From: Myxococcales bacterium
Lineage (GTDB): Bacteria; Myxococcota; Myxococcia; Myxococcales; 40CM-4-68-19
Reading direction: 5' to 3'
Assembly (NCBI GenBank): GCA_036513415.1
Contig: DATBZA010000177.1
Location: forward strand, 67,203-131,202
DNA: 64,000 nt
Shown: piece by piece, positions 1 to 10,418 of the stretch
How positions within the stretch are numbered: position 1 is the stretch's first letter
Layout of the letters: every line of letters begins with the position of its first letter
Position numbers and translations under genes: made by a program
The notes under the pieces: model-generated
Told to the model about the DNA's origin: nothing
The model's database searches: none
Seen by the model: the letters and a program-made list of their open reading frames with translations, nothing else

Positions 1-2
1 TG

Positions 3-458
3 GAGACCGCGGGCTTCGAAGGGGAGCTCGAGGCCGAGGTGATGGAGGGCCAGCTGTGCCTCTCCATGCCGACGCGCATCGAGCTCGCCGTCGAGCTGCT
101 GAAGTCCAACAACAGCCTCGTCGACGCGGAGCTGCGCCGCAAGCTGGAGGCGCGCAAGCATCCCCGCATCGAAGGCCGGCTGCGCGAGGCGAGGCCCTTG
201 CCCGGTTCCCGCTGCCTGCTCCGCGGAGACCTCACGCTGCACGGAGTCTCGCGGTCCCTGGAGGTGGAAGTGCTGGTGCGCGCGCCCGACCCCGACACGC
301 TCGAGGTCGAAGGCGAGAAGACCATCGACATGCGCGACTTCAACCTCGCCCCTCCCCACTTCCTGATCTTCAAGGTCGAGCCCACCGTCCGGATCCGGGC
401 CAAGCTGGTCGGGCGGCGCCGAGCCTCCAACGCGCCACACAACCGGACTGGCGAGTGA
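3..458 (+). CDS. YceI-like family protein, 5' end outside window
   Basis: The frame stays open back to nt 3, so the GTG/ATG at 39-44 is probably internal. The C-terminal half has a YceI-type pattern (GDLTLHGVSRSLEVEV ... IDMRDFNL ... VRIRAKL). Stop TGA at 456-458. Confidence 0.6.
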   Translation, partial: ETAGFEGELEAEVMEGQLCLSMPTRIELAVELLKSNNSLVDAELRRKLEARKHPRIEGRLREARPLPGSRCLLRGDLTLHGVSRSLEVEVLVRAPDPDTLEVEGEKTIDMRDFNLAPPHFLIFKVEPTVRIRAKLVGRRRASNAPHNRTGE

Positions 459-459
459 T

Positions 460-477
460 GCTCAGGCGGCGCTGAGC
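460..477. terminator. GC hairpin between convergent genes (GCTCAG-gcggcg-CTGAGC)
   Basis: Perfect 6-bp inverted repeat with a 6-nt loop, directly after the YceI-like stop and overlapping the last codons of the opposing ORF. No U-tract, so only a candidate. Confidence 0.25.
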
Positions 478-806
478 GAAGCGGCCGCAGGTCGTGAATC
501 CGAGAGGTTCTGAATGGTCTCCGCCACTTCCGGTGTCAGCATGCCGCTCGCCTTGGCGAACTTCACCTTCGCATCGAAGTAAGGGCCCAAAGCGGCGGTC
601 AACGCGTCCTGATGAGCATAGGGCTCACGGGCGGATTTTCGTGCCTCAACCCCGTAACGCTTGTCCTGCGCGTATTGGTGCAGGGTCAGTTCCACCACGT
701 TGTCGACCAGCATCAGGGCGAATCGATCGAAGTTGCGATCTTTCATGGCTAGCTGATCGAGGGCGAGATCGAGCTGATCAATCTGATCTGCCAAGAATTG
801 CCTCAT
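462..806 (-). CDS. hypothetical protein (114 aa), possibly an N-terminal remnant of a larger gene
   Basis: The only plausible ORF in a visibly lower-GC patch. Helical N-terminus MRQFLADQIDQLDLALDQLAMKDRNFDRFALMLVDNVVELTLHQYAQDK. The Ala/Ser-rich C-terminal tail runs into the hairpin at 460-477, which looks like read-through. No family recognised. Confidence 0.4.
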   Translation of the reverse strand: MRQFLADQIDQLDLALDQLAMKDRNFDRFALMLVDNVVELTLHQYAQDKRYGVEARKSAREPYAHQDALTAALGPYFDAKVKFAKASGMLTPEVAETIQNLSDSRPAAASLSAA

Positions 807-854
807 CGGTGTGACCTCTGCTTTGGCTCCGTCCGAGCAGCCGAGCCTAGCAGA

Positions 855-990
855 GGGCGTGAATCCGATCGCTCTGCCGACACGAGCTGCATTTGGCTGT
901 TCGTGGATGGGGTAGAGCGCGGCAGGTGTGCTGGCTGGCTCGTCGAAGCGGGGTTGGCCGCTGAGCCTAGTTCAACCGGTTGAACCAACC
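855..990. repeat. Structured repeat, copy A (block 1 hairpin plus terminal palindrome)
   Basis: 855-935 aligns by eye with 56775-56855 (gggcgtgaatcc..gctctgccgacacgagctgcatttggctgttcgtgga..gcaggtgtgctgg). Hairpin arms are 871-878 and 911-918. The repeat ends in GTTCAACCGGTTGAAC at 970-985. GAGCCTAG occurs at 843-850 and 963-970. Confidence 0.7.
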
Positions 991-1238
991 TCTGGAGAGC
1001 TGTTTGGACCGAGCATTGACGCGCTGCGTCCCGCCCCGGAACGAGCGCGAAATGGGGCCGTCGGATACCAAAACGAGACCCTGAAACGTCAGCCCGGGGC
1101 GCCTTCGATCGCTGAGTAAACCAATGCGGGGCGCGGAGAGGTCAGCGCACTGGGCGTCCGCGCAGAGCCGACGGGTGCGTGGCCGTCGCGCCGCCGCAAA
1201 AGAGAGCGAAGTGCCGTTCTGCTAGGGTTCGAGCGCTG

Positions 1239-2294
1239 TCAGCAGATGCGCGGCAAGGACTCGCCGAAGGGCAAGTCGAGGATGCGCTGCCCGCCGATCG
1301 GGGTGCGCAGCGTGACGAAGCCGGGGTGGTCGGCGGTCACGCGGCCGATGCGGCAGGCACCCCTGCCCAGGGGATGCGCGCGCAGCGCCTGGAGCACCCG
1401 CTCGCTGCTGGCTTCGGGCACGAAGGCCACCAGCTTGCCCTCGTTGGCGACCAGGAGCGGATCCAGGCCGAGGATCTCGCAGGCCCCGCGCACGGCATCG
1501 CGGACCGGCACGGCGCTCTCGTCGACCTCGAGTCCGAGCCCCCGGCGCGTGGCGATCTCCACCAGGGTAGCGGCCACGCCGCCCCGGGTGGGATCTCGCA
1601 GGGCATGGATGTCGGGCCCGGCGGCGAGCGCCGCCGCCACCAGCTCGTGCAGCGGCGCGGTATCGCTTTCGATCTGGCCGTCGAACTCCAGGCCCTCGCG
1701 GCGCGAGAGGATGGCGACGCCGTGGTCGCCGATCGGTCCGGAGACGAGGATGGCGTCGCCCGGCTGGACGCGCGCCGAGGACAGATCGATCCCCGGCGGG
1801 ACGATGCCGATGCCCGAGGTATTGATGAAGACCTTGTCGCCGCTCCCGCGGCCGACGACCTTGGTGTCGCCCGTGACCACTTCCACGCCGGCGCGGCCGG
1901 CGGCCCGGCGGGCCGACTGGATCACGCGCTCGAGATCCGCGATCGGCAGGCCCTCCTCGAGGATGAAAGCGAGCGAGAGGTAGAGCGGCCTGGCCCCTCC
2001 CATCGCCAGATCGTTCACGGTGCCGTTGACCGCCAGCTCGCCGATGTCGCCGCCGGGGAAGAAGATGGGCGTCACCACGTAGGAGTCGGTGGTGAAGGCC
2101 AGCCGGGCGCCGCCGAACGGCAGGATCGCCTGGTCGTCGAGCCGCTCGAGCGCCGGGTTGCGGAAGGCCGGAAGGATCATCTTCTCGATCAGGCGGGCCG
2201 TCAGCTTGCCGCCGCTGCCGTGGCCGAGGAGGATCTCCTCCGGGCCGGAGATCGGCACCGGGCATTCCCCGAAGGGCGTCGAATCAGAGGACAT
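1239..2294 (-). CDS. hypE: hydrogenase expression/formation protein HypE
   Basis: 351 aa PurM-like fold with GHGSGGKL near the N-terminus and the diagnostic C-terminal PRIC. Its start overlaps the SIS gene stop by 11 nt. Confidence 0.92.
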   Translation of the reverse strand: MSSDSTPFGECPVPISGPEEILLGHGSGGKLTARLIEKMILPAFRNPALERLDDQAILPFGGARLAFTTDSYVVTPIFFPGGDIGELAVNGTVNDLAMGGARPLYLSLAFILEEGLPIADLERVIQSARRAAGRAGVEVVTGDTKVVGRGSGDKVFINTSGIGIVPPGIDLSSARVQPGDAILVSGPIGDHGVAILSRREGLEFDGQIESDTAPLHELVAAALAAGPDIHALRDPTRGGVAATLVEIATRRGLGLEVDESAVPVRDAVRGACEILGLDPLLVANEGKLVAFVPEASSERVLQALRAHPLGRGACRIGRVTADHPGFVTLRTPIGGQRILDLPFGESLPRIC

Positions 2295-2861
2295 CGTCCT
2301 CTCCCATGGCGACGTGGACCTGGTCCCAGAGCAGGTGCAAGAGCAGCGTGTGCGACTCCTGTACGCGGTGGATCGACCAGGTCTTGACCGTGAAGCAATG
2401 ATCGCAGAGGTCCGGCATCCGCCCTCCGTCGCGCCCGGCGAAGCCGATGGTGAGCAGGCCCATCTCGCGGGCCCGCTTGAGCGCGCGATTGACGTTGGCG
2501 GACGCGCCCGAGGTGGAGATGCCGAGCACCGCGTCCCGCGGCCCGGCCAGCAGCTCCAGCTGGTCGACGAAGATGCGCGAGAAATCGGTGTCGTTGCCGA
2601 TGGCGGTCAGCATGGCGATGTCGGTCACCAGGGCCATCGCGGGCAGCGGCTTTCGTTTCTCGATCACCGGATGGAGGAACTCGACCGCGACGTGCTGCGC
2701 GTCGCAGGCGGACCCTCCGTTGCCCAATACCAGCAGGCGACCGCCGGACTGGAACCGTTCTGCCAGGGCGCGAACGCAGCGCTCGAGCGCTTCCGCGTTC
2801 TCCTCGATGAAGCGCAGCTTGACCTCGGCGCTCTCGCGCGCCTTGCGCAGGATGGCGTCCT

Positions 2862-2865
<4 letters not shown>
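2284..2865 (-). CDS. SIS-domain protein (GmhA/DiaA-like) embedded in the hyp operon
   Basis: 193 aa from ATG 2863-2865, inside the composite 2284..3993 ORF. Motifs [15 protein letters not shown] and [13 protein letters not shown]. The start overlaps the hypD stop by 4 nt. Confidence 0.8.
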
Positions 2866-3964
<1,099 letters not shown>

Positions 3965-3968
<4 letters not shown>

Positions 3969-4234
3969 GGCGGTTGCTCCGGCCGGGGCGCATCGGAGGT
4001 AAGCTCCGCGAGGAGGCCGAGCTCCTGCAAGGTGGCGTAGGCCCGGGCAGCCTCTTCCTTGTCCACCTTGGAAATGGCGAATCCGACGTGGACCAGGACG
4101 AACTCGCCCAGGGCGATGTCGGGGATGCAGGCGAGGCAGACGTCGCGCGTGATGCCGCCGAACTGGACCTTGCCCACTTTCAGGCCCTGCTCGTCGCGGA
4201 TCTCCAGGACCTCACCGGGAATGCCGAGGCACAT
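3965..4234 (-). CDS. hypC: HypC/HybG/HupF family hydrogenase assembly chaperone
   Basis: N-terminus [10 protein letters not shown]. The second ATG (4232-4234) places the essential Cys at residue 2; the track ORF starts one codon earlier at 4237. Confidence 0.88.
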
Positions 4235-6524
4235 CATTGCCCCCCTTCACCTGCCGTGAACGCCATGCCGCCACCGCCGCTTGTCCCAGCGCCACGCCGC
4301 CGTCGTTGGGCGGCACACGGCCATGAACGAGGACCTCGAAATCGTCCTGCTCGAGGAGGCGCTTGGCGGACTCGCTGAGCAGCCGGTTCTGGAAACACCC
4401 GCCGGAGAGCGCGACCGTCTCCACGCCCGATCGCTCGCGCGCGATCCGGCAGCCGGCGCCGATCGCCATCGCCATCGTCCGGTGGAACCGCGCGGCCACC
4501 TCGCCGGCGGGGGTTCCCTTCGCGAGCTCCGCGCCGATCGCCCGCACCGCGGGCCGCAGGTCCACGGCGAACGGGTCGCCACGCTCGATCCTGAACGGAT
4601 ACGAGCAGCATTCTCCGGGCGCCGCGATCGCTTCCAGCTCGACGGCGGCTTGTCCTTCGTACGTGATCTCGTCGCGCAGCCCGCAGAGCGCGGCGACGGC
4701 GTCGAACCAGCGCCCGGCCCCCGTCGCCTTCGGAGTAGCGGCGCCCGTCTCGATCAGCCGCAGCACCGCTTCACGCTTCTTCCGGTCGATGCGTCCGAGA
4801 GCCTTGAGATTCACGCCCGCGTCATGCAGGGCGGCCGCTGCGAGCCGCCACGGTTCGCGGATGGCGGCCTCTCCGCCCGCCAGCGCGAGGGGGCGGAGGT
4901 GGCCGAGCCGCTGGAAACCGGCAAGGTCGGCGAGGAGGAACTCCCCACCCCAGAGCTCGCCGGCGGGGCCGCAGCCGGTGCCGTCAAAGGCCACGCCGAG
5001 GGAAGGTCCGCTCCGTCCGTGCTCTGCGAGGCAGGAGGCGAGGTGGGCGTGGTGGTGCTGCACGGGCTCGCTGCGCAACCCGCTCTCGAGCGCCCAGCGA
5101 GTCGAGAGATAGTCGGGGTGCAGGTCGCAGGCCACCACCTCCGGATGCACGCCGAGCAGCTGCGCGAGCTTCCCGATCACCTCGCGGAAGTAGGCGAACG
5201 TCTCGAGGTGGTCCAGGTCCCCGACGTGCGGCGACAGGTACGCGTCTCCCCCTCGGGTCATGCAGACGGCGTTCTTGAGGTTCGCGCCGACCGCCAGCAC
5301 GGGTGGCGCGGTGAACCCGAGCTCGATCGGGTCGGGGACGTGCCCGCGCGACCGCCGCACCGGCTGCGCTTTTCCGGCCACCATCCGCACCACGGAATCG
5401 TCGGCGCGGGTGTGGATCTCGCGGTCGTGCAGGAGGAAGACGTCGGCGATGCCGGCAAGGCGCTCGAGCGCCGCCGGGTTGTCCTTCGCGATCGGCTCCT
5501 CAGCGAGGTTGCCGCTGGTCATCACCAGGAGCTCCGGGCCATCGCGCAACATGAGGTGATGGAGCGGCGTGTAAGGCAGCATGACGCCGAGCTCGTCCAG
5601 CCCGGGAGCGACCGCGGGCGCTACCGCCGCGCCGGCGCGCCTCGGACAGAGCACGATGGGCCGCAGGGGAGAGACAAGCGCGCGTCGGGCCGGCTCGCTC
5701 AGCTCGACGATGGCCTCGATCTGCCGGAGGTCGCGCGCCATCAGCGCGAGCGGCTTGTGGGGTCTTTGCTTCCGTTCGCGAAGCCGGACCACGGCGGCCT
5801 GGTCGCGAGCGTCCACCGCCAGGTGGAAACCTCCTAGACCCTTGACGGCCGCGATCCTTCCGGCGCGCAGGGCAGCGACGGCGGCTCCCAGCGCTGCCTC
5901 GCCGCGCAGCCCCGCGGAAGGCAGCGAGAGGACCGGACCGCAGTCGGGGCAAGCGTTGGGCTCGGCGTGAAAGCGGCGGCTCGATGGGTCCTCGTATTCG
6001 CCCCGGCACCGCGCGCACAGCGTGAAGGCCGCCATCGTGGTGCGCGCGCGGTCGTAAGGCACGTCCCGGGCGATGGTGTAACGCGGGCCGCAGTCCGTGC
6101 AGTTGATGAAGGGATAGCGGAAGCGCCGATCGCTCGGGTCGAACAGCTCGCGCAGGCAGGCATCGCAGGTGGCGGCGTCGGGCGGGACGGTGGCGCGAAC
6201 GCTGGGGCGTTCCGCGCTGGCGGCGATGCGGAACCCCAGCTCTCCGACGGCGCGGAGCTCGACGATCTCCGTCGCCTCGATGCGTGCAAGCGGCGGAGCC
6301 GTGCCCGGCAGCTCCTCCAGGAAGCGGGAGAGCGCGCCCGCCGGCCCTTCGATCTCGATCCAGACGCCCTCCGAATCGTTGCGGACGAAGCCGGCCAGAT
6401 CGCGGGCGGTCGCCGCGCGGAAGACGGCAGGGCGGAAACCGACCCCCTGGACCGTTCCACGAACGCGGATCCCGCGTCGGACCCGGAGCTCCAGCGAATG
6501 GGCGGCTGTGGCAATCGTTGACAT
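4212..6524 (-). CDS. hypF: carbamoyltransferase HypF
   Basis: 770 aa. Acylphosphatase start (VRGTVQGVGFRP), two zinc-finger pairs (CDAC..CTDCGPRY and CARC..CPDCGP), then YrdC-like and Kae1-like regions. Confidence 0.93.
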   Translation of the reverse strand: MSTIATAAHSLELRVRRGIRVRGTVQGVGFRPAVFRAATARDLAGFVRNDSEGVWIEIEGPAGALSRFLEELPGTAPPLARIEATEIVELRAVGELGFRIAASAERPSVRATVPPDAATCDACLRELFDPSDRRFRYPFINCTDCGPRYTIARDVPYDRARTTMAAFTLCARCRGEYEDPSSRRFHAEPNACPDCGPVLSLPSAGLRGEAALGAAVAALRAGRIAAVKGLGGFHLAVDARDQAAVVRLRERKQRPHKPLALMARDLRQIEAIVELSEPARRALVSPLRPIVLCPRRAGAAVAPAVAPGLDELGVMLPYTPLHHLMLRDGPELLVMTSGNLAEEPIAKDNPAALERLAGIADVFLLHDREIHTRADDSVVRMVAGKAQPVRRSRGHVPDPIELGFTAPPVLAVGANLKNAVCMTRGGDAYLSPHVGDLDHLETFAYFREVIGKLAQLLGVHPEVVACDLHPDYLSTRWALESGLRSEPVQHHHAHLASCLAEHGRSGPSLGVAFDGTGCGPAGELWGGEFLLADLAGFQRLGHLRPLALAGGEAAIREPWRLAAAALHDAGVNLKALGRIDRKKREAVLRLIETGAATPKATGAGRWFDAVAALCGLRDEITYEGQAAVELEAIAAPGECCSYPFRIERGDPFAVDLRPAVRAIGAELAKGTPAGEVAARFHRTMAMAIGAGCRIARERSGVETVALSGGCFQNRLLSESAKRLLEQDDFEVLVHGRVPPNDGGVALGQAAVAAWRSRQVKGGNDVPRHSR

Positions 6525-6631
6525 GCGCGGGCTTCACCGCAGCGCGAAATCGCCCCGAACCGGGCCGCAGGGTCGATTCATGGACTCCACGACGGGTGCA
6601 AAGTCAAGCCGGAAGGACGGACGGTGAACGA

Positions 6632-6982
6632 TCAGCGCGCCGACTTCCGCTGCCTGCGTGGCGCGCGCGGGGCGCCGAGGTCCTGGGGCGGAAAACGCTC
6701 CTCGATCAAAGCCTGCGCTTGCTCGACGTTCCGAAGGATTGCCGACAGACCATTGGCTTGCACGCGCCGGCAACCGGGGCACGAAGAAGCCTGCAGCATC
6801 GTCAGCCACAGACGGATGGCGGCCAAGTTATTGTTCACTTCATGAATTGGTTGCGGATCGCCCCCGCCGGCGGCATCGCGATCGCGGTCCAGGGCGTCCT
6901 TCCGCGAAGGGGCTGGCTTGCTCGCCGGTCTCGACTGTGAGAAGCGCCGCATCGGTATCCGCTGTTCTGGACGCACCGGCAA
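6632..6982 (-). CDS. stand-alone HisKA/DHp-like mini-protein (no ATPase domain)
   Basis: 116 aa. Arg/Pro-rich N-terminus followed by an H-box-like helix PIHEVNNNLAAIRLWLTML, a loop, and a second helix LSAILRNVEQAQALIEERF. There is a local AT-richer stretch at the H-box codons. Competing + strand ORFs look like GC artefacts. Confidence 0.45.
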   Translation of the reverse strand: MPVRPEQRIPMRRFSQSRPASKPAPSRKDALDRDRDAAGGGDPQPIHEVNNNLAAIRLWLTMLQASSCPGCRRVQANGLSAILRNVEQAQALIEERFPPQDLGAPRAPRRQRKSAR

Positions 6983-7029
6983 TCGCTGTCAATCGCAGTC
7001 AACGCCATCCGCGCGGCTAAGCCGGTGCT

Positions 7030-9009
7030 ATGGTGGTCCGGGACGCTTCGATGAGTGAGATCGACCTGCCAGGCATGGACGGCGTCGCGAGTGCGCCGCT
7101 GCCACTGGCGCCCGAAGCGATCCCGGGCGGCCGGGTCCTGCTCGCCGACGACGACGCCGACCTGCGCGACTACCTGAGCCGGATTCTGGCGAAGCGCTGG
7201 ACGGTGGAGGCGGTCTCCGGCGGTGCGGCGGCGCTGGCGGCCGCGCGGCTGAACCGCCCGGACGTGATCCTGGCCGACGTGCTCATGCCCGGGCTGGACG
7301 GCCTTCAGCTGCTGCGCGAGCTGCGCGCCGACCCCCGGCTTCGGGCGACACCCGTCATCCTGCTCTCGGCGCGCGCGGGCTCGGAGGACCGGGTCGAAGG
7401 CCTGGAGGCGGGGGCCGACGACTACCTGGTGAAGCCGTTCTCCGCTCGCGAGCTGCTGGCGCGGGTGTCCACGCACATGCAGCTCGCGCGTTACCGCGCC
7501 GAGTCCGAGAGCGCGCGCGCCAATCTCATGGCGATCCTGGAGCGGGCCCCGGTCGGCATCGCGCTGTTCAAGGGCGAGACCCACCGGTTCGCGCTGGCCA
7601 ACCCGGCCCACTGCGAGATGGCGGGCAGGCCCATGGAGGAGCTGATCGGGAGATCCGTCTTCGACGTGTTTCCCCACCACGTCCCGCCGCTGGACGAGGT
7701 CTACCGGAGCGGCCGTCCCGTGGTGAAGAGAGAGTTCCCGGGGAAGGTCCTGCTGCCCGACGGCAGGCTCGAGGAACAGTTCCTGACCTTCGCGGCCGCG
7801 CCCATGCGCGACGCGGACGGCAACGTCATCGGGGTGATGACGATCAGCTTCGATGCGACCGAGCAGGTGCGCAACCGGCGAACGCTGGAGACGACCCACG
7901 CCGAAGCCGAGGAGGCGAACCGCGCGAAGGACGAGTTTCTCGCGATGCTCGGTCACGAGCTGCGCAACCCGCTCACGCCGATCCTCGCGACCATGGAGCA
8001 CTTGCGCCTGCGCGGGACCAAGTCTCTGCTCAAAGAAAGGGAGCTGATCGAGCGGCACGCCAGGCAGGTCGCGAGGATGGTGGACGATCTCCTCGACATC
8101 CACCGCATCGCGCGAGGGAAGGTCAGGCTGGCGCGGACGCCCACCGAGCTTTCCAGTTTGGTCTTCCAGAGCCTGGAGGTGGTCAGGCCCATCCTCGAAG
8201 AGCGCAGGCACGCTCTGGAAGTCGAAGTGCCCCATGGCCTGCTCGTGAACGTCGATCCCGGAAGGCTGGTGCAGGTGATCTCGAACCTGCTCACCAACGC
8301 CGCCAAGTACACGGACCGGCGCGGGCTGATCCAGATCCGGGGCGCTCGCGAGAGCAGGTCCGTGGTGTTGCGCGTGCGCGACAACGGCGTCGGAATCCCG
8401 GCCGACCTTCTGCCCCGCGTCTTCGACCGGTTTACCCAGGGCGCGCGGGGCAGCGATCGCACCCAGGGCGGGCTCGGCCTGGGTCTGTCGATCGTGCGGA
8501 GCCTGGTGGAGCGGCACGGCGGCACCGTCGCCGTTTCCAGCGGGGGACCGGGGCAAGGGAGCGAGTTCACGGTGCGCCTGCCTCTAGCCAGGCCCGGGCG
8601 CGCGCCCACTGCCGCGGGATCCTCGTCCGAGACGAGCCGGAAGCTCGCCAGCAGGCGGGAAGCGATCCTGCTCGTCGACGACAACCGCGACATCGCCATC
8701 GTGCTCGGGCGTCTGCTGCGGGCGCGGGGCCACGCCGTCGAGATTGCCCACGACGGTCCGGGCGCGCTCGAGATCGCGAGGCGCTTCCGGCCGCGATTCG
8801 CGCTGCTCGACATCGGGTTGCCGGCGATGGACGGATATGAGCTGGCGCGGCGCCTGAAGAAGCAGTTGGGGCCGGGCCCGCTGGTCCTGGTGGCCGTCAC
8901 CGGGTATGGCCAGCACGCGGACCGCGAGCGGGCGCGCAAGGCCGGGTTCCGGGAGCACCTGGTCAAGCCCATCGATCTGGAACGGCTGCTGACGATCCTC
9001 GAGCGATGA
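7030..9009 (+). CDS. hybrid sensor histidine kinase/response regulator (REC-PAS-HisKA-HATPase-REC)
   Basis: 659 aa. N-terminal receiver (LLADDDADL..DVLMPGLDG..KPF), PAS region, H-box LGHELRNPLTPI, ATPase boxes (NLLTNAAKYT, DNGVGI, GGLGLGLSIV), and a C-terminal receiver (LLVDDNRD..DIGLPAMDG..KP). Confidence 0.9.
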   Translation: MVVRDASMSEIDLPGMDGVASAPLPLAPEAIPGGRVLLADDDADLRDYLSRILAKRWTVEAVSGGAAALAAARLNRPDVILADVLMPGLDGLQLLRELRADPRLRATPVILLSARAGSEDRVEGLEAGADDYLVKPFSARELLARVSTHMQLARYRAESESARANLMAILERAPVGIALFKGETHRFALANPAHCEMAGRPMEELIGRSVFDVFPHHVPPLDEVYRSGRPVVKREFPGKVLLPDGRLEEQFLTFAAAPMRDADGNVIGVMTISFDATEQVRNRRTLETTHAEAEEANRAKDEFLAMLGHELRNPLTPILATMEHLRLRGTKSLLKERELIERHARQVARMVDDLLDIHRIARGKVRLARTPTELSSLVFQSLEVVRPILEERRHALEVEVPHGLLVNVDPGRLVQVISNLLTNAAKYTDRRGLIQIRGARESRSVVLRVRDNGVGIPADLLPRVFDRFTQGARGSDRTQGGLGLGLSIVRSLVERHGGTVAVSSGGPGQGSEFTVRLPLARPGRAPTAAGSSSETSRKLASRREAILLVDDNRDIAIVLGRLLRARGHAVEIAHDGPGALEIARRFRPRFALLDIGLPAMDGYELARRLKKQLGPGPLVLVAVTGYGQHADRERARKAGFREHLVKPIDLERLLTILER

Positions 9010-9024
9010 GCGCCGCGGCCGGGG

Positions 9025-10083
9025 CTACCCGCGCGCCGCACGGCGGGCCCGGACCGCCGCCGCCAGCTCGCGCAGCACCGGCACCGTCGCCTCCCAGCCG
9101 AGGCACGCGTCGGTGACGGACTGGCCGTAGACCAGCTGCTTGGGGTCCCGCAGCTCCTGGCGACCCTCGGCGATGAAGGATTCGATCATCACCCCGACGA
9201 TTCCGCGCTCGCCCTGCGCGACTTGCGCCGCGATCTCCCTCGCCACGACGGGCTGGCGGCGGTGGTCCTTGCCGCTGTTGCCGTGGCTGGTGTCGACGGC
9301 CAGCCGCGGCGCGGCGCCGGCTTCGCGCAGTGCGGCGAGCGCGTTCCGCACGCTTTGGGCATCGTGGTTCGGGCCGCCGGCGCCGCCGCGCAAGATGATG
9401 TGGCAGTCGGGATTGCCTCGGGTGGAGACAATGCCGGCGAGACCCTGTTCGGTGACGCCCAGGAAGTGGTGCGGGTGGCTCGCCGCTCGGACCGCGTCGA
9501 TGGCGATCTGGACGCTGCCCTCGGTGCCGTTCTTGAAGCCCACCGGCATCGAGAGCCCCGACGCGAGCTCCCGGTGGACCTGGCTCTCGGTGGTGCGGGC
9601 GCCGATCGCGCCCCAGGCGACGAGGTCGGAGATGAACTGCGGGGTGATCGGATCGAGGAACTCGCACGCGGAGGGAAGCCCGAGATCGACCAGGTCCAGC
9701 AGCAGGCGCCGGGCAAGGCGGAGGCCTTCGTTGACCGCGAACGAGCCGTCCAGCCGCGGATCGTTGATCAAGCCCTTCCAGCCCACGGTGGTGCGGGGCT
9801 TCTCGAAATAGACCCGCATCACGACGCGCAGATCGGCTTGCAGCTCGGCCGCCTGCGTCCGAAGCCGCCTTGCATAGTCGAGCGCCGCGGCCGGGTCGTG
9901 CACCGAGCACGGGCCAACGACGACGAAGAGGCGATCGTCCTCCCCGGCGAGGATGCGGATGATCTCCTCGCGGGCGCGGGAGATGACCTGGGAGCCGGCC
10001 TCGCCCAGCGGCAGCTCCTCGAGCAGGATCGCAGGGGGCAGGAGGGGGCGATTGCTCTCGACGTGCAGGTCCCGGGTCTTCAT
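9025..10083 (-). CDS. 3-deoxy-7-phosphoheptulonate (DAHP) synthase, class I
   Basis: 352 aa with KPRTTVGWKGLINDP, GARTTESQVHRELASGLS and a VDTSHGNS-type pattern. I cannot tell which AroF/G/H isozyme it is. Confidence 0.9.
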   Translation of the reverse strand: MKTRDLHVESNRPLLPPAILLEELPLGEAGSQVISRAREEIIRILAGEDDRLFVVVGPCSVHDPAAALDYARRLRTQAAELQADLRVVMRVYFEKPRTTVGWKGLINDPRLDGSFAVNEGLRLARRLLLDLVDLGLPSACEFLDPITPQFISDLVAWGAIGARTTESQVHRELASGLSMPVGFKNGTEGSVQIAIDAVRAASHPHHFLGVTEQGLAGIVSTRGNPDCHIILRGGAGGPNHDAQSVRNALAALREAGAAPRLAVDTSHGNSGKDHRRQPVVAREIAAQVAQGERGIVGVMIESFIAEGRQELRDPKQLVYGQSVTDACLGWEATVPVLRELAAAVRARRAARG

Positions 10084-10148
10084 CGCTCGTACGATTGTAT
10101 CCGATGGACGGGTCGACCGCCCCTGCCCGCGCGTCGTAAGATGCGGGC

Positions 10149-10418
10149 ATGCCGCGGGTGACCTTTACCGCCAACCTGCGCCGCCTGGTCGATTGTCCGC
10201 CGGCGGACGTGCCGGGAGGCACGGTGGGCGAGGCGCTGGCCGCGGTGTTCGCGCGCAGCCCGACGCTTCGCGGCTACATCGTCGACGACCAGGGAGCGCT
10301 GCGGCGGCACGTGGTGGTCTTCGTCGGCGGAGAAGCCGTGCGCGATCGCGTGCGCCTGAGCGATGCCGTAGCGCCGGACGCGGAGATTGCGGTAATGCAG
10401 GCGCTTTCGGGAGGCTGA
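10149..10418 (+). CDS. MoaD/ThiS-family ubiquitin-like beta-grasp protein ending in Gly-Gly
   Basis: 89 aa ending ...VMQALSGG-stop. Typical length and diglycine terminus. Confidence 0.75.
   Translation: MPRVTFTANLRRLVDCPPADVPGGTVGEALAAVFARSPTLRGYIVDDQGALRRHVVVFVGGEAVRDRVRLSDAVAPDAEIAVMQALSGG

Noticed and set aside
1239-2294. HypE (PurM-like, same fold class as SelD) as the missing senC
   Set aside because: It has the HypE-specific C-terminal PRIC and sits in an overlapping hypCDE string 50 kb from the sen-like genes. It has no SelD-type N-terminal Cys/Sec-Lys loop.
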